64,000 nt of DNA from the human T2T-CHM13v2.0 reference genome, Homo sapiens (GCF_009914755.1 NC_060945.1); one strand, 5' to 3'; positions 27,150-41,033 are shown, counted from the first letter of the stretch. Numbers and translations are program-made. Notes: a model not told the origin generated them from the sequence alone.

Positions 27150-27270
27150 AAAGATGATTCATGGTCAGACATGTCTGGGAACTACTAGGTTAAACAAAAG
27201 CGAGTAGGTTTCCTAGCTGTAAAACTTCAAAGAACATTTAATACGTTGATTTATTTAGTGACTCTCCAGG
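27150..27270. mobile_element. MER103C-like hAT fragment
   Basis: GGGAACTACTAGGTTAAACAAAAG...TTTAATACG. Confidence 0.55.
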
Positions 27271-27340
27271 GATGACAAGTAGACAGACCATACAAAGTTA
27301 TTTGGCAATGTGTGATTGTGGAATGCAATGCAAGTGCAAC

Positions 27341-27400
27341 TGTGTGTGTGTGTGTGTGTGTGTGTCTGTGTGTGCACGTGCACACGGACACACACACACA
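27341..27400. repeat. (TG)n-GTGCACGTGCAC-(CA)n quasi-palindromic microsatellite
   Basis: Read directly from sequence. Confidence 0.9.
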
Positions 27401-28421
27401 GGCATCCACCACAGAACACAGCTTAAGAACAGCTATGATGTGGTTAACTGAACCCAATGTTCTGGGAAGAGCAAGGTTTTGCTTTTTTTGGTTTTCTCCT
27501 CATAGTACTACTTCCCACAAAATGTATAACGCTCATTAACTCAAGGACGTACAAATACGAAATGCATAAACACATTTTTAAGAAGCAGTAGACGAGGTAA
27601 TGAACAGTGCCTACTTTGGATCATGGATTACTATGGTGTTTGGGGAACGGACTGGAAGACAAGTAGGCTCAGGACTGACATTCTCATCTTGTGGACGATA
27701 ATAGAGCTTTGTTCTTTGGCACTTAATTAAGCAGTTCTGATTGTTCTCCAAGCATGAGAAAATGCATGTGGAGACTCATGTTAATGGTTCTGCTCTCCCA
27801 ATAAATCTAGTTACATATAGATCCTTAGCCAATTTACTTTTTCATTATAGAGAGGAGAAATCATAACATAGCATGAACTAGAACTAATTTAACATTGTAC
27901 ACAGTTTAAAACTTCAGTGGAGTTGAAATTAAGATCATTGAAACCCCACGAGAAAATTTACTTCCTGTTCCAAGATACTTGGGCTTCCCAGGGCTAAATG
28001 GACAGTATTTATTCAGCATCCTAGGTGAGTCTCACTCTTAGGTCTGACATTGGGTCACATCTATGGGGATTTCAGCATGGCTTCACACAATCTGTCCCTG
28101 CCTTCACCTCTGAGGCACCAACTCCAAGAAAAAACTGTGGATATACCGGTCAAATTGGGTCTTCAAATATGATTTACTGGGGTACCAGTATGTGTGTATG
28201 TATGTGTGTTTGTCTTGATATGGGTCTCTCTTCAGGGAAAAAGACAGAGACACGCAGAGATACAGAGATAAAGAGAGAGAGAGTGGGAGAAAGAGAGAGA
28301 AAGAAATAAAGCACTCACTTCCCTCAAAAACTCATACTTGAAAGCTAAATTAAAAATTAAATATATTTAAACTTAACAAATGGATTCAAAAGTCACTAAA
28401 CTTCATTTAAAAGGATTTTAG

Positions 28422-28795
<374 letters not shown>

Positions 28796-28867
28796 TTATA
28801 TCACATTGAACAATAGATGAAAGCATTTGCAAACATCCATTTAAAAGTGCTTTCTCCATAAGCAGTC

Positions 28868-29238
28868 ATTTTATGAACTGAATGTTAATATCTGCCACCA
28901 CCCCCCAGTTCCTGCGTTGAAATTCTAAGTCCTAATGTGACGCTGTTAGGAGGCGGAGCCTTTGGGAGGTAATTATTTTATGAAGGTGGAGCCTTCACGA
29001 ATGGGATTAGTGCCCTTAAAAGAAGAGACAGAGAGAGATGTTCGTTCTCTTGGCTATGTGAGGATGCAATGAGCAGATAGTCATCTGCAAACTAGAGGCA
29101 GGTCTGTCCCAGCAGGGGGCCTGCCAGTGCCTTGATCCTGGGCTTTCCAAACCCCAGAACTATGAGAAATAAATGTCTGCTCTTTAAGACTTCCAACCTA
29201 TTGTATTCTGTTATAGCACCTCAGACAGAATAAGACAA
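28868..29238 (+). mobile_element. MLT1A0-like solo LTR
   Basis: GGAGCCTTTGGGAGGTAATTA...GGATTAGTGCCCTTA...TAAGACA. Confidence 0.85.
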
Positions 29239-29537
29239 ATTATTTTAAAATTGTTGTTAAGCGTCACCTTTATTTTGAAAGAGAACATTGTCTTTTCCTT
29301 TCAAAATATCTAAGAAGTAGTATATCACTGTCAGTTGTTTCTCTGGAACACTTGCCATTTCATTAAGGAAACGTACTCAAATGTTTTTTTTTAATCATTT
29401 TGTCAACTCTTTTAAGTATTTTGTCATAAAATAGACATTGAAACTCTACCAAGGAAGACTCCATCTAGCAAAAACTTTTCCTGGTCATTCCTGACTCATT
29501 ACAAAGTATTGCACTGGTTTTACTACATTTTACAGGT

Positions 29538-30010
29538 TGTGGCAAACAGACTCCAAAATGGCCCCTAGGATTCCTACCTCCTGGGAATCACAGGCCTGTG
29601 TAATTCCTCCCCTTTGAGTCTGGGTGGGACCTGTGACTTGCTTTTGCCCAATAGAACCTGGCACAGGGGAGGAGATGTCACTCTATGATTATCTTACATA
29701 AGACTGTAACTTGCATCCTGCTAAGGAACTCTCTTTACTGACTCTTTCCCTTGCTGGCATTAATGAATTATGCTGCCATATGGAAAGGACCGTGTTGCCA
29801 GGAACTGAAGGTGTCCTCTAGCCTGACACCAGCAGGAGAGGAGGCTCTCAGTCTAACAGCCAGTGAAGAACTGAATCCTGTCAACAACCACAGAAGCCTG
29901 GAAACAGATCCTTCCCCAGCTGGGCCTCAGATGAGGCCCCAGCCCTGGCCCTTACCTTGATTGCCATCTTGAAAGAGACCCTGACACATAAGCCATTCCT
30001 GAACTCCTGA
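29538..30010 (+). mobile_element. MLT1F-like LTR, 3' end missing
   Basis: TGTGGC...GGGTGGGACCTGTGACTTGCTT...GAACTGAATCCTGTCAACAACCA. Confidence 0.8.
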
Positions 30011-30919
30011 CACTCCTACCACTAGCGACCCTGCTTTATTTTCCCCTAGCACCTCTCACCATCTGACATTTGATCTATGTGCTGATTAACTCCATGAGAG
30101 AGTAAGGCTTTGCTCTGTCTGCTCTTTTCTCCCCAGTACCTATACTATACAGCAATCAATAACTAATACACATGTTTTGCATTAGTTTCATAAATCCAAC
30201 TAATCATTGCAGCAATAGCTTGCTTTCAAAGGATGCAGTGCTTGGATTTCATTTGTGCAGCTATATCTGTAATGCTCACCTAGATTTTGTTTGTAAAGTT
30301 ACAGTCAAGCAGCCTCCCCATTAGGGGTTCCGCTACACTGTTTTTCCATCAAACATTGTTTTTACTCAAAAAAATTACTCCTATGAAGATGTTTTATCTA
30401 ATAAATCTTCCACTTGGTGGCTTATAAAAAATGTAGTTTATCATATATTGCCTTGCTGAAACAGGATCTAGCAAATATATCAGCTGAGGCATTAGAAATA
30501 TCTGTACTCTCATCCATGTAATAATCTAACATTTTCCACTGTATAATTTATCCCATACTTTTATCTTCAAGATTTTACTGAAATCTCTTCCTGATTTGTT
30601 GACAATGAAAAGCATTTTAATTTGTCAACATATATTGGTTCCTATGTATCCATTTAGCCATTTTTCTTCAAGAGGATGAATAAGTGCTTCCCTAATGAGG
30701 GTTTTGCTACTGAGTAAGAGACTTCAACAGATCTTCTAAACAAGTATCATTAAGCTTAGTGGAATTTTTTAAGTACTGGGCTGAGTATATAGTACCTTTA
30801 AATTTAAGCAATAAATAAATAAACAGGTAGTTGTTTTTAGGTTCTAATTTTAAGTGTCCTGCTAATTGTGATGATATCAAGGCTCAATTACACACCCAGA
30901 ATGACTTTCATTATTAAAG

Positions 30920-31545
30920 GACAATCCATATTGCAAACTCAATGGCTACATGGTCTCCCTGCTTCCACCCTCACTCCTTTTGTTAATCTCAGCCAGAAAA
31001 AGCAGGTTATATCCTGTCACATCCCTGGGCAGAGTTTCCAGTGCCTCTTCCTCCCGTTCATAGGAATGGCCTGAGTCCTTATAGGCCCCTGCATGACCTT
31101 GACCTTCATCAGCCCCCAGTGCTTGGATCATGTCACCTCCCACTTTTCTTCTCACTCACTGCTTCTCATCCACACTGGCCGCCCCCATTGCCTTTACATA
31201 ACACCCTGCCCGATGGAGCCTTGCTCCCCCCACCCCTCCTTCCCTGCCTTTGCAATTGCACTTTCTTCTGCTTGGAATGTTCTCCCTTTGGTATGCACAA
31301 GACTCTTTTCCTTTAGGGTCTGCTCAAATATTTCCTTACCAGAGAAGCCTCCCCCAGCTTCTCAGGCATTTCTGACACTGGCTCCCCTGCCTTATTTTCC
31401 CTTAGCACCGCTCACCACCCGACATTTTATATATGTGCTGATTAACTCCATGAGAGAGTAGGGCTTTGCTCTGTCTGCTGTTTTCTCCCCAGTACCTAGA
31501 TTATGCCTGGCATGTAGAAGGCATTTGATAAATATATATTAAATG
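30920..31545 (+). mobile_element. L2a 3' region
   Basis: ATGGTCTCCCTGCTTCCAC...TGCCTGGCATGTAGAAGGCATTTGATAAATA. Confidence 0.8.
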
Positions 31546-31984
31546 AAAGACTATATTTCAGATAGGTTTCTTAATAATACCGAATTTTTTCATTGGTTTT
31601 CATCTCAGTTTGAATCAGGCTGTCATTGTTTTTATCTTGTCATGTGGTTAGACATATTAGTTGTTGTTTTACCCTGGTTCTCTTGCGATTGTATTTTTTT
31701 GGTTATTTTCTTCAGTCCACAGGGTTTGTTTTTTGGAGGATTGCCTTTTAAAACAGCTGCTCATTGTGTGAGAATTGGCTCAGCTTAAATGAGATAATGT
31801 AGTTTCTAAATTCACCTAACTGGGTGTGCATAAGTCAGTATGTTTTATTATATGGAAATCAAACCAATGACAGGAAGACTTGATATGGACCCCTTATTGC
31901 CAATGGACAGCCAGCCTCCCTCGAAACACCTCGCTCACTGCGGGTGACACATGAAGGTCTGATATTTACTTACAGCACAAGGTG

Positions 31985-32280
31985 CATTAGTCATGGGAGG
32001 TTAGGCTATGCTGTGGTAATAAGTAACCCCCAAATACCAGTGTCTAAACACAATTCAAGTTCATTTATCACTCTAAGAGAGACAGCATGGACCAGACAGC
32101 TTCTCTGCATGATCTCTTTGCTTCTAGGGTCAGTGCAATGTGAAAGGAAGGCTGTGATCAGGCCAGGAGGCCAATCCCATTGGCCAGATCCTGGCCACAT
32201 GAATTGATCATAGCTGCAAAGGGGTCTGGGAAATATAAAGGAGCCCATGGGTATTTGGTGAGCATTACAATCCTCTGCCT
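31985..32280 (-). mobile_element. MLT1K/L-like LTR
   Basis: GGTTAGGCTATGCTGTGGTAA...CCCATTGGCCAGA. Confidence 0.6.
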
Positions 32281-33555
32281 CAATCTCAATCCATATGCAC
32301 TAAATAGTAGTAAAGTATTGTTCTTTTCATTTTTTAGTATGAAAATAAAATATTTCCTTTGTCTACCTCAATGGATAATTTTGTGTGTGCATGTCATACT
32401 CTGGAGATCACAGCTAAGACGCTGATAACATAAAACCCATATTTAACCAATATACAAAATATCATCTTGTTTTGTGATTTTCTCCTTTGTCTTAAAATGG
32501 AATAGAAAAAAATTTCCAGTTAATAATAGTGCCCTTTAAGAGATTTTCTGAATAATCAAGCTCTATTGCCACATTCACACAGGACTTGCTTGTCTCTCAT
32601 GTCTCAGTAAGCTGGTCAATAGCATTAACAAGCACACCCTTAGTGAGCAGATTATCAGGAAAGGAAGAAGACAAAGTCTATGCCCATGTTTATGTATTGA
32701 TTATGCTCTGTTTCAAGATCAATTCTGCACATCATAGATGGCTCGAAGGTTTGATTTGGGATGGTTCTGCCTAATAAGGACAAGGAGGAAGTATTAAAAG
32801 CATCTTTCTTTTCAGGGAAATGGAAAACAACAAACCAAAAACTCTTGCTGAGTGGAGGGCTCTGATACATTGCCTGATCCCCAGGCAAAAGAGAGCATTG
32901 TCAGAGGCTGACGGGTGACAGTCAGGCAGTACTGAGAGGAAGAAGCAGAACATGCAAATGAGAACAATATGCTCTTAGCAAGGGTCAGGGAAGGTGCCAC
33001 CCATGTCACGGGCCTCCAAGATCTTTGAGTCAAGGGTGGAAGATCCCACTTATTCAATGCCAAGCTCACCCATAGGTACTTCCATTTTCTCTTAGCTTTC
33101 CAGGGTCACAGCCTTTGTTATCATCTCTGTACATGGCCTCTTAAAATGTGTCTATGGCTTAAAATGTGCCTCGGCCTTCCGGGTCCTGAGCACTGACACC
33201 ATGCCTCCTCATGGGGTCCATATCCCCAGGCTTGGACGGATTCTCTTTCTCAGACATTCCAACACAAAAGTCCCCTTTAGCTCCATTTCCCTGTGATAAG
33301 CTTTGGCTGCTTCCAAGGCTCAGCACAACTCCTTTTGAGAAGGCAGGGAGTCGCCTCTGCACCTGAGTGTTGAAGGTGACTTTCCCGAGTGTCTTCAAAA
33401 GGGCATTTTTCTACTTAAGCTTCTGGAAGTGTGCTTCCTAGAGCTGGGTTGCAATATCTCTGTTCTCAAGATGTATGATGAGGTCAGTAGAACGATCTAT
33501 GATCCCATGAGCCAAACATGTTTCTGCCTTTACTGCATTAGGGACATGCTGGTAC

Positions 33556-33911
33556 TGTATTAGTCTGTTCTCATGCTGCAAATAAAGACATACCTAAAAC
33601 TGGGTAATTTGTAAAGGAAAGAGGTTTAATGGGCTCGCAGTTCCACATGGCTGGGAAGGACTCACAATCATGGTGGAAGATGAAGGAAGAGCAAAGGGAA
33701 TTCTTACATGGTGGCAGGCCAGAGAGTGTGTGCAGGGGAACTCCCACTTATATAACCATCAGATCTTGTGAGACTTATTCACCACCACAAGAACAGGATG
33801 GGGGAAACCACCCACATGATTCAATTATCTCCACCTAGACCTGCCCTTGCCACATGAAGATTATTACAATTCAAGGTGAGATTTGGGTGGGGACACAGCC
33901 AAAACACGTCA
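33556..33911 (-). mobile_element. THE1 (C/D-like) solo LTR
   Basis: TGTATTAGTCTGTTCTCATGCTG...GGGGACACAGCCAAAACACGTCA; TSD GGTAC/GATAC. Confidence 0.92.
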
Positions 33912-34339
33912 GATACCAATAGTGACAATCACCACAAAATCCTCACTTATTCCAATAAAAGGTGAGGCTCATCCTATGGCATTTCAACGTGTTGATCTAA
34001 CAACTGCCTACCCTGAGTTATCAGTGGGCTGCCTACTCTAGCCTCTCATTACGTTATGTGTCCTGACTTGTGGTCTTAGTTTATGTATCTTACCTACTGA
34101 CTCCTTTAATTTCTGACAACCCTAAATATTTTTATACTGGTCTTTCCCAGTTGCTGTGCCTCAGCTGAGATAGGATGCTACCTACTACCCTCCTGAACAG
34201 CATCTTTCCTCTTTCTACTGGCTGTGTCTGCCTTCTCTAACTTGACTTGGTATTAGTGAAACATGACTGACAAACCCATAGTAAAGGAAGGGAGAGGAAG
34301 AAATGACTCCTTCTGGGTTATCTCACACACTTATCTGAA

Positions 34340-34500
34340 AAAAAAATCAGGGCTCATGGTTCCTGCACAAAAGTTTACTAACTCTATGACCTTGGGAAAG
34401 TTATTTCATGTATCTGAAAATCAAGATTCTCCATCTATAATTGTGGATAATATCTATCCTATCCCCATGTGGTTGGTCTAAGAGTTAGAGTGAATTCACA
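34340..34500 (+). mobile_element. MIR
   Basis: TTACTAACTCTATGACCTTGGGAAAGTTATTT. Confidence 0.6.
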
Positions 34501-35567
34501 ATGAAATACAAAGGATTCTGGAAATGTAAGATAATGTCACTACTCTATTATTGAAAAGGTCCTGGTGCTGACTTTAGTTCCTTTATTTTAAAATTGGGTT
34601 ACTATGTCATTTACATACTGCTTGTGTTTATTATTTAAAAGTGTCCCCTCCTTTTTCTGTGTCTACTAAAATCACAGTCATGAACTGACCTTCTAGTTAC
34701 ATTTTGTTGTCATTGTTCTGTTGTTACAGAGGAAAGGTGTATCATTAACTTGCCTTCTAGATATGAACCAAGCATGCAACTGTTTGCCTGGCACTGTATT
34801 CACCATTTCTCAGTATTCTTCTACTCTGCCTGTCTGTGGAATTAAAGGCCCTTCCAGGGGGCACACTGGGATGGTGGAGCTCTGCAGATTTCAGGGTTGT
34901 GGGAGAGGTTAGAGAGCTGCTGGGATAAGTATTCATGAACAAACCAGGTTTTTGCAGAAACAAACTCTTCATACTGAAAATAAATGCCACTAGGTACGGA
35001 ACCTCACATTTTAATGGCACACCAATATTGGTCTTGTATATGCATATCAAATAAAAATGACTGAGTAGGTATTTCCATGTAGTGGAATATTACTGATACT
35101 CAATACTCAGAGAAGTGCATTTGCATAGACTTTGGGATGTCTAATTTACACAAAGAAGAGGGTAAGTGTGAGTTTAATGTTTATAAGATAATGTTGAGCA
35201 TTTACTTTTAGCACTTCTAATAAGCTAAACAAATCTCTTCATTCAACAACTCCATTTGAAAGATAAAAAACAGCATTTACCTTGTACAAAAGTCTTGGAG
35301 CTCTGCCCTAAATGGCAAAAGTCAGGCAAGAGAATTGGTTGTAAGTTTTCTCCTAAACATTTAGGCTGGGCATTTGGCTCTTTGCTGGGCAGAGGAAGGG
35401 GCTGAACTCAGGATAAACTCAGGAAGGGAGGAGAAATTAAAGTAAACATCGAATTTGCTGTCATTGCTCACAAGAACTATTTTAAAAATCATGAAAAACT
35501 ACTGACTTTGGACATGCATCGTGGCTGTAAAGATCAATGAATTTGGCCATAATGTTCAATGAGTATT

Positions 35568-35925
35568 TGACATGGTTTGGCTCTGTGTCCCCACCCAAAT
35601 CTCACCTTGAATTGTAATAATCCCTATGTGTCAAGGGCAGGGCCAGGTGGAGATAATTGAATCATGGGGGTGGTTTCCTCCATATTGTTCTCATGGTAGT
35701 AAATAAGTCTCACAAGATCTGATGGTTTTATAAATGGGAGTTTCCCTGCACATGCTCTGTTGCCTGCCTCATGCAACATGTTCCTTTGTTCTTCCTTTGT
35801 CTTCCACCATGATTTTGAGGCCTCCTCAGCCATGTGGAACTGTGAGTCCATTAAACTTATTTCCTTTAAAAATTACCCATTTGGGGGACATGTCTTTCTT
35901 AGCAGCGTCGGAATGGACTAATACA
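35568..35925 (+). mobile_element. THE1 (C/D-like) solo LTR
   Basis: TGACATGGTTTGGC...GACTAATACA; perfect TSD GTATT. Confidence 0.93.
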
Positions 35926-36621
35926 GTATTTATAGAATTAATGGATGAGGTTAGGGCAAGAAGGGCGAGAATGCAGTAGGAGTATAAGAAGCATTGGTTT
36001 CCGAGATTCACTTGGGCCCAAGCTTATGCTCCCTTTTCCTGTCTGCTCAGAGAACACTGAAGAGCATGCTCTGCCACAAGAGGAGGTCTTTGAGGACTTC
36101 TTTGAAGTCCCAGAGGGGGTCCTGAGATCCAGGAATCGAGCATCAAGCGGCTCTCAGATTTGTTTATATGTTTTGGCCAATGCCATACATTGTATGGCCT
36201 TAATTTAGGGTAAAAAAAATGGCTGCTTTAGAAAAAATGTTTTGGGCATAGAAAAAAAGACCTTGATTTTTTAAAAGAGATTGTTTATTAATTATTAATC
36301 AAAGGCATTTTTTCAGGACATTAGGTCAGGTTCTATAAGAAGTGTGATGGCTTATTTTTTTTCTCTTAGTAAGGCTACATTCTACCTGAGAACTCAGGAC
36401 CTGAGGACATGGTTATAGGAAGAAAAATCATAGATGAAAAATGGTTAACAATAGTCAGTACTTAGCATTGATTCCCACAATATCATTATGTATATTTCAA
36501 TTCGATTACAGACAAAGCCATTAAAAATGAATTCTTTTAGTTCTTTAATTTATTCTTAAATTAGCTATACCATTTTTTCTTTGAAATATTTTATGTTCTT
36601 TTTCTTTTAAAAAACTTAAGA

Positions 36622-37075
36622 CATTTTATTTTTAATTATTGTGGATACACAATAATTGTATACATTTATGGGGTGCATGTGATATTTTGATACAAGCATA
36701 TAATGTGTAGTGGTCAAATTGGGGTAAGTGGATGATCCACCACCTGAGGCATTTATCATTTTTTGCATTAGGGATATTCCAATTCCACTCTTTGTTATTT
36801 TGAAATATATAAGAAATTATTAACTACAGTCACCCTATTGTGCTACCAAACACTATGTTTTATTCCTTCTATCTAACTGTATTTTTATACCCATTAACCA
36901 TCTCCTGTTTTCTCTCTCTCTCTACTACTCTTCCAACATGATTCAAAAATCAAGAGGGACAAAAGGTACACAGTAAAGTGTCCCTTCTACCTGTGTCTCC
37001 CATCTACTCAACTCCTATCCTTGGCAGCAAACATGTTGTCAGTTTCTTATTTATCCTCCCAGAGGTATCTTATAT
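36622..37075 (-). mobile_element. L1MA 3' end adjoining an older L1ME-like fragment
   Basis: TACATTTATGGGGTGCATGTGATATTTTGATAC (L1MA antisense); older L1 3' end from ~36935. Confidence 0.75.
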
Positions 37076-38414
37076 CTATTTTAAAACACAATGAGAATAT
37101 AAGAGAAGACAGCTCTTAGTCATAGCCATCCCGGACTTCTTCCCAACAGGTACAGATTGCGGAGTCTTATTTGTCTTATCCAGGGATCTTGGGGAAAGGG
37201 TGGCTAATATTTGAACCCTCTTAGGGGCAGATTCTAAGAAAGTACATCTTCCCCTTCTTCTGGGATTTCAGGTCAGAAAAACAGACACAGAAGCAGAGAT
37301 AATGGTGACTCTGTAGTTGTGGGATCCATAGCTGGCACTGAAAAAATATATAGTATATCATTATAAAGCTTTTAATTTTTATAAATTCAAATGTATGTTA
37401 AATATATACATAGTATCAGTGTCCATAATATCACTATCTGTCCCTCCCAGAGGATCTCCAATGTTATTTATGGTCCTAATGTCGGAGGACAAATTATAGA
37501 ACAGTAATGACTGAAACAGAGCCAGCCTGTCCTCAACTCTCCCCATGCCATTATGTATATTTCAATCCTATTACAGACAGAGCAAGCAAGTCCAGAACGA
37601 AAAGTAAGAATTGTGCCAATCAATCAGAATTAGTTTTACCTAAATGATATTATGAGATGCAAAAATATGGCTTTAGACACTGAAATTAGACACTGAAGCT
37701 GGTGTCCTCTGTGCAGAGAATGCTAATGCTGAGATTGTGGTCCCTAGTGGCAACACCAGCTGCCCCACTGCCGACCCGTGCCCTGACGCTCTTCTTGGAA
37801 ATCAGCTTGTCAAATGTTGGGAGTGCTGCGATGCGTCTGCACGGATCCATTTAGAACTCCTTCTCATTCGCATTCATCACAGCTGGCATGAATTCACAAG
37901 TGATGGCAGCAAAATGTTTCTGCCAGTTTCTAATGCCTCTTAGAAATATGGGCGTTTTTAACAAGTGGTTGCCTGACTGCTAAGCAAACACACTGAGATA
38001 ATTTCTCTGAAAAGAGAGCTCATTGTTAAACACGGACACTTCTGGCAGTATTCCTGCTAATCCATCCCTGTTCACTGTGTCACTGTGCCAGCATCATGTG
38101 GACATAAGAATGGATGCCATAGCTGTCCATTATTTCTGACATCATGGCAATATGTTGGGTGGAAAATAGTAGTTATTTCTTCAACACGTGAAGAATAATC
38201 ATCAATAGTATTATTCCAGCAAGAGATTTAGGTGAGGTGGAAAAGGATTGGCCCACACTTCTCTGCCCTTCTCTCCATGGCATAAATAATGGTGTGTTCC
38301 AGGGAAATTGTTTGAATGCCGCAGGGTACTTCTGGAAACCTAAACTTCTGAAATAATGCTGCATAACTTCAGAGGTGGGTAAGAAAAGGCCATGCTGAGA
38401 TTGACTTGCTAAAG

Positions 38415-38680
38415 AAGTTACACGTGGGTGTTCTGGCTAACAGCCCAGCTGACCTGGCTGCAGCCACATGTAAGAGCTACCTTGAGCATCCAGCTTAGTT
38501 GAACTTTCAGGCCCCACTGGCAACTGACTGTTTCCATACAAAAGACTCCAAACCAGAACTGCCTAGCTGAGTCTTTCCTGAGTTCCTGAACTACAAAATC
38601 ACAGGAAAAATAAAATGGCCACCATTTTAATCCTCTGCATTTTGGAGTAACTTTTAAACTTGGCAATGATGATTGAACTG
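38415..38680 (+). mobile_element. MLT1H-like LTR fragment
   Basis: CAGCCCAGCTGA...AGAACTGCCTAGCTGAG...TTTTGGAGTAA. Confidence 0.65.
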
Positions 38681-38872
38681 ATGCTTTAAAAATTAAAATG
38701 TAAGTATTGTAGAAATAAAAACATTAGAAGAAAATCTAGGAGACTAAAAATACAATCTAGGAATTCAGGAGATTTTAAGTGAGTTAAAATATCCAGACTG
38801 GATTTAGGTAGATATATACACGTATATGTATTTATTATATGTATATACACACATGTATGAAAACATATATGT

Positions 38873-39200
38873 GGCCAGGTGCGGCGGCTCACGCCTGTAA
38901 TCCCAGCACTTTGGGAGCCCAAGGTGGGAAGATCACGAGGTCAGGAGTTCAAAACAGCCTGGCAAACATGGTGAAACCCTGTCTCTACTAAAAATACAAA
39001 AATTAGCTAGGCGTGGTGGCATGGGCCTGTAATCCCACCCACTTGGGAGGCTGAAGCAGGAGAATTACTTGAACCGGGAACCTGGGAGGTGGAGCTCGCA
39101 GTGAGCCGAGATCAGTGAGCCGAGATCACGCCGCTGGACTCCAGCCTGGGCTACAGAGTGAGACTCCGTCTCAAAAAACAAAACAAAACACAACAAAAAA
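38873..39200 (+). mobile_element. AluS with internal 14-bp tandem duplication
   Basis: CAGTGAGCCGAGAT twice at 39099-39126. Confidence 0.93.
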
Positions 39201-39229
39201 CCATACATACATATTTAACATATATTTGA

Positions 39230-40140
39230 TATCATAAAAAATTAAAAACTTTATAATGATATCTATTATAATCAGATTAAAGGAGCTATGGATTTGGAAA
39301 AATATATACTCAAAAAAGCCTTAGATTAATAAGAAAATAATGAAATAGAAAATTGGGCAAATAATATGAATAAGAAGTTTACAGAAAATCCAACTCAAAG
39401 AAGCATCAAATATAAGGGTAAAAATACTCAAATTCACTAGCAGTTAAAATAATAAGACACAACTTTAGATTGCCCAACAATAGAAATGAAGAGCCCCTAT
39501 ATGGTTGAGAATGTGAAGTGGGTACACTTGACATAGCCAATGGAAATATGAGTTGGTCCATTCTCTTTGGATCAAGATCTGGTGAGATCTATTAAAATTA
39601 AAAACCATATGCTCTTTAATCACCAAGCCCAGTATTAGGAAACTATCCCAGAGACAAAAGCTCACTACGTAGGGACAGAAGTACACAGATAGTTAATGTA
39701 ACTTTGTCTCAAGACATGAAGATCAAGTGAATGCCCATTAAGCAAGAAATGGCAGAATAAGCTATGGGTATAAGCACAATGTGAAATCGTATGCAGTTAT
39801 AAACTATTAAAAAACCAGTAAGGGCAATGGCAGTTGACTTTCAGGAAACCAACTCCAAGTGTCATTGCTGAATGAGAAAAGCAAGGTTCGTGGGTGTGTG
39901 TACAATGTGATTGCATTCAAAGCAAAACAAAGACCATGAAACAACTGTGTACGTGTTTGTATATGATTAAATGAACATGGAGAAAAACACATAGGGAGAT
40001 ATGACGGGGTGGGAGAGGCAAGCAAAAAATGTAAAGTGTACACTGAAAATACTAAGCACATACAGTATGACTACCTTCATATAGAATTACGTATGTGTAT
40101 GCAGATGCATAAGTGAGGAGATAAAATATAGATCTATATT
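39230..40140 (+). mobile_element. old L1ME 3' region
   Basis: AGAAAATTGGGCAAATAATATGAATAAG...TGCTGAATGAGAAAAGCAAG. Confidence 0.65.
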
Positions 40141-41033
40141 CACTTACCAATTAAGAGTTTTTGATATATTCATTGAAAACCAGTTTGAGAAAGACAAACA
40201 AAAATCCTGAAAATGTGTATAAATACTTGTAAATGATTTATAGGAAAAGGAAAAACTGTGGCTGAAGAATGAGCTATTAACATTAGGCCCCCAGGATGGT
40301 GAAGCTGGAGAGCAGTCTGGGGAAGAAGATTCGCTTAAAAAAAAATCTTTGCATTGCTCTAGTTACTCCAACAATTATGCATTACTTCTGCTATTTGAAA
40401 AAGTAAATCCAATGCCAAGACTTTGAGTATTGCCAACTTTCCGTAGCTATTGGTGACATTGCCTGTTTTATAGCCTGCCTCTGGTGACAGTAAATTGAAT
40501 TTTGATCAGGTAAAAACCAAATTTAAGCCTGCTCTGTGCACCTGTCAATTACTTGCTTGAAATGCTTTAAATCACTTTGCTTGAAATGCCCCCTGACTTC
40601 TGGGGTCCAGTTATACTTGTGGCCATTGGTAAAGGGTGACTTTCCATCCGCTTTTCCCTGGCTGAGATTGACCATGGCGTCAGTCCTCGTGTGGTCTCCC
40701 TGAGATTGGGAGGGTCCTTCCATGTCCCTCAGTCTTAGCCTGGGCTCTTTGCTCTGGCTGAAGTTGGCATTCGGGTCAGGCACCTTTCAGGCTGACATAC
40801 ATATTATATTAATCCATCCATCCTGCATGTGGATGGGGAGAATGCATAGCACCCTCATTGAAAATTTGCTTTATCTCCCTTTGCTGATTATGTTCTTATC
40901 CTTTTTGATCTTTTCTTCACCCTCCTCCTTTCTTTTGCACAGCAGGCAATGGGATGGTGACTCTTTATATCCTAATGCCAAAGACCCTAAGGTCAACCAG
41001 CTGCTGTCTACTAGCCTCCTTCAAGAGTCCTAT

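Noticed and set aside
32816-33075. Other exon-like segments (also 17331-17362, ~21829, ~36050 on plus; ~51155 on minus)
   Set aside because: Splice-like sites only, no recognisable coding frame; such pseudo-exons are expected by chance
37673-37697. Small tandem duplications (TTAGACACTGAA x2; similar at ~5780 and ~45585)
   Set aside because: Ordinary slippage events
37738-37755. CTCF-like CCACTAGGGACCAC (reverse strand)
   Set aside because: Two mismatches in the conserved GG of the core
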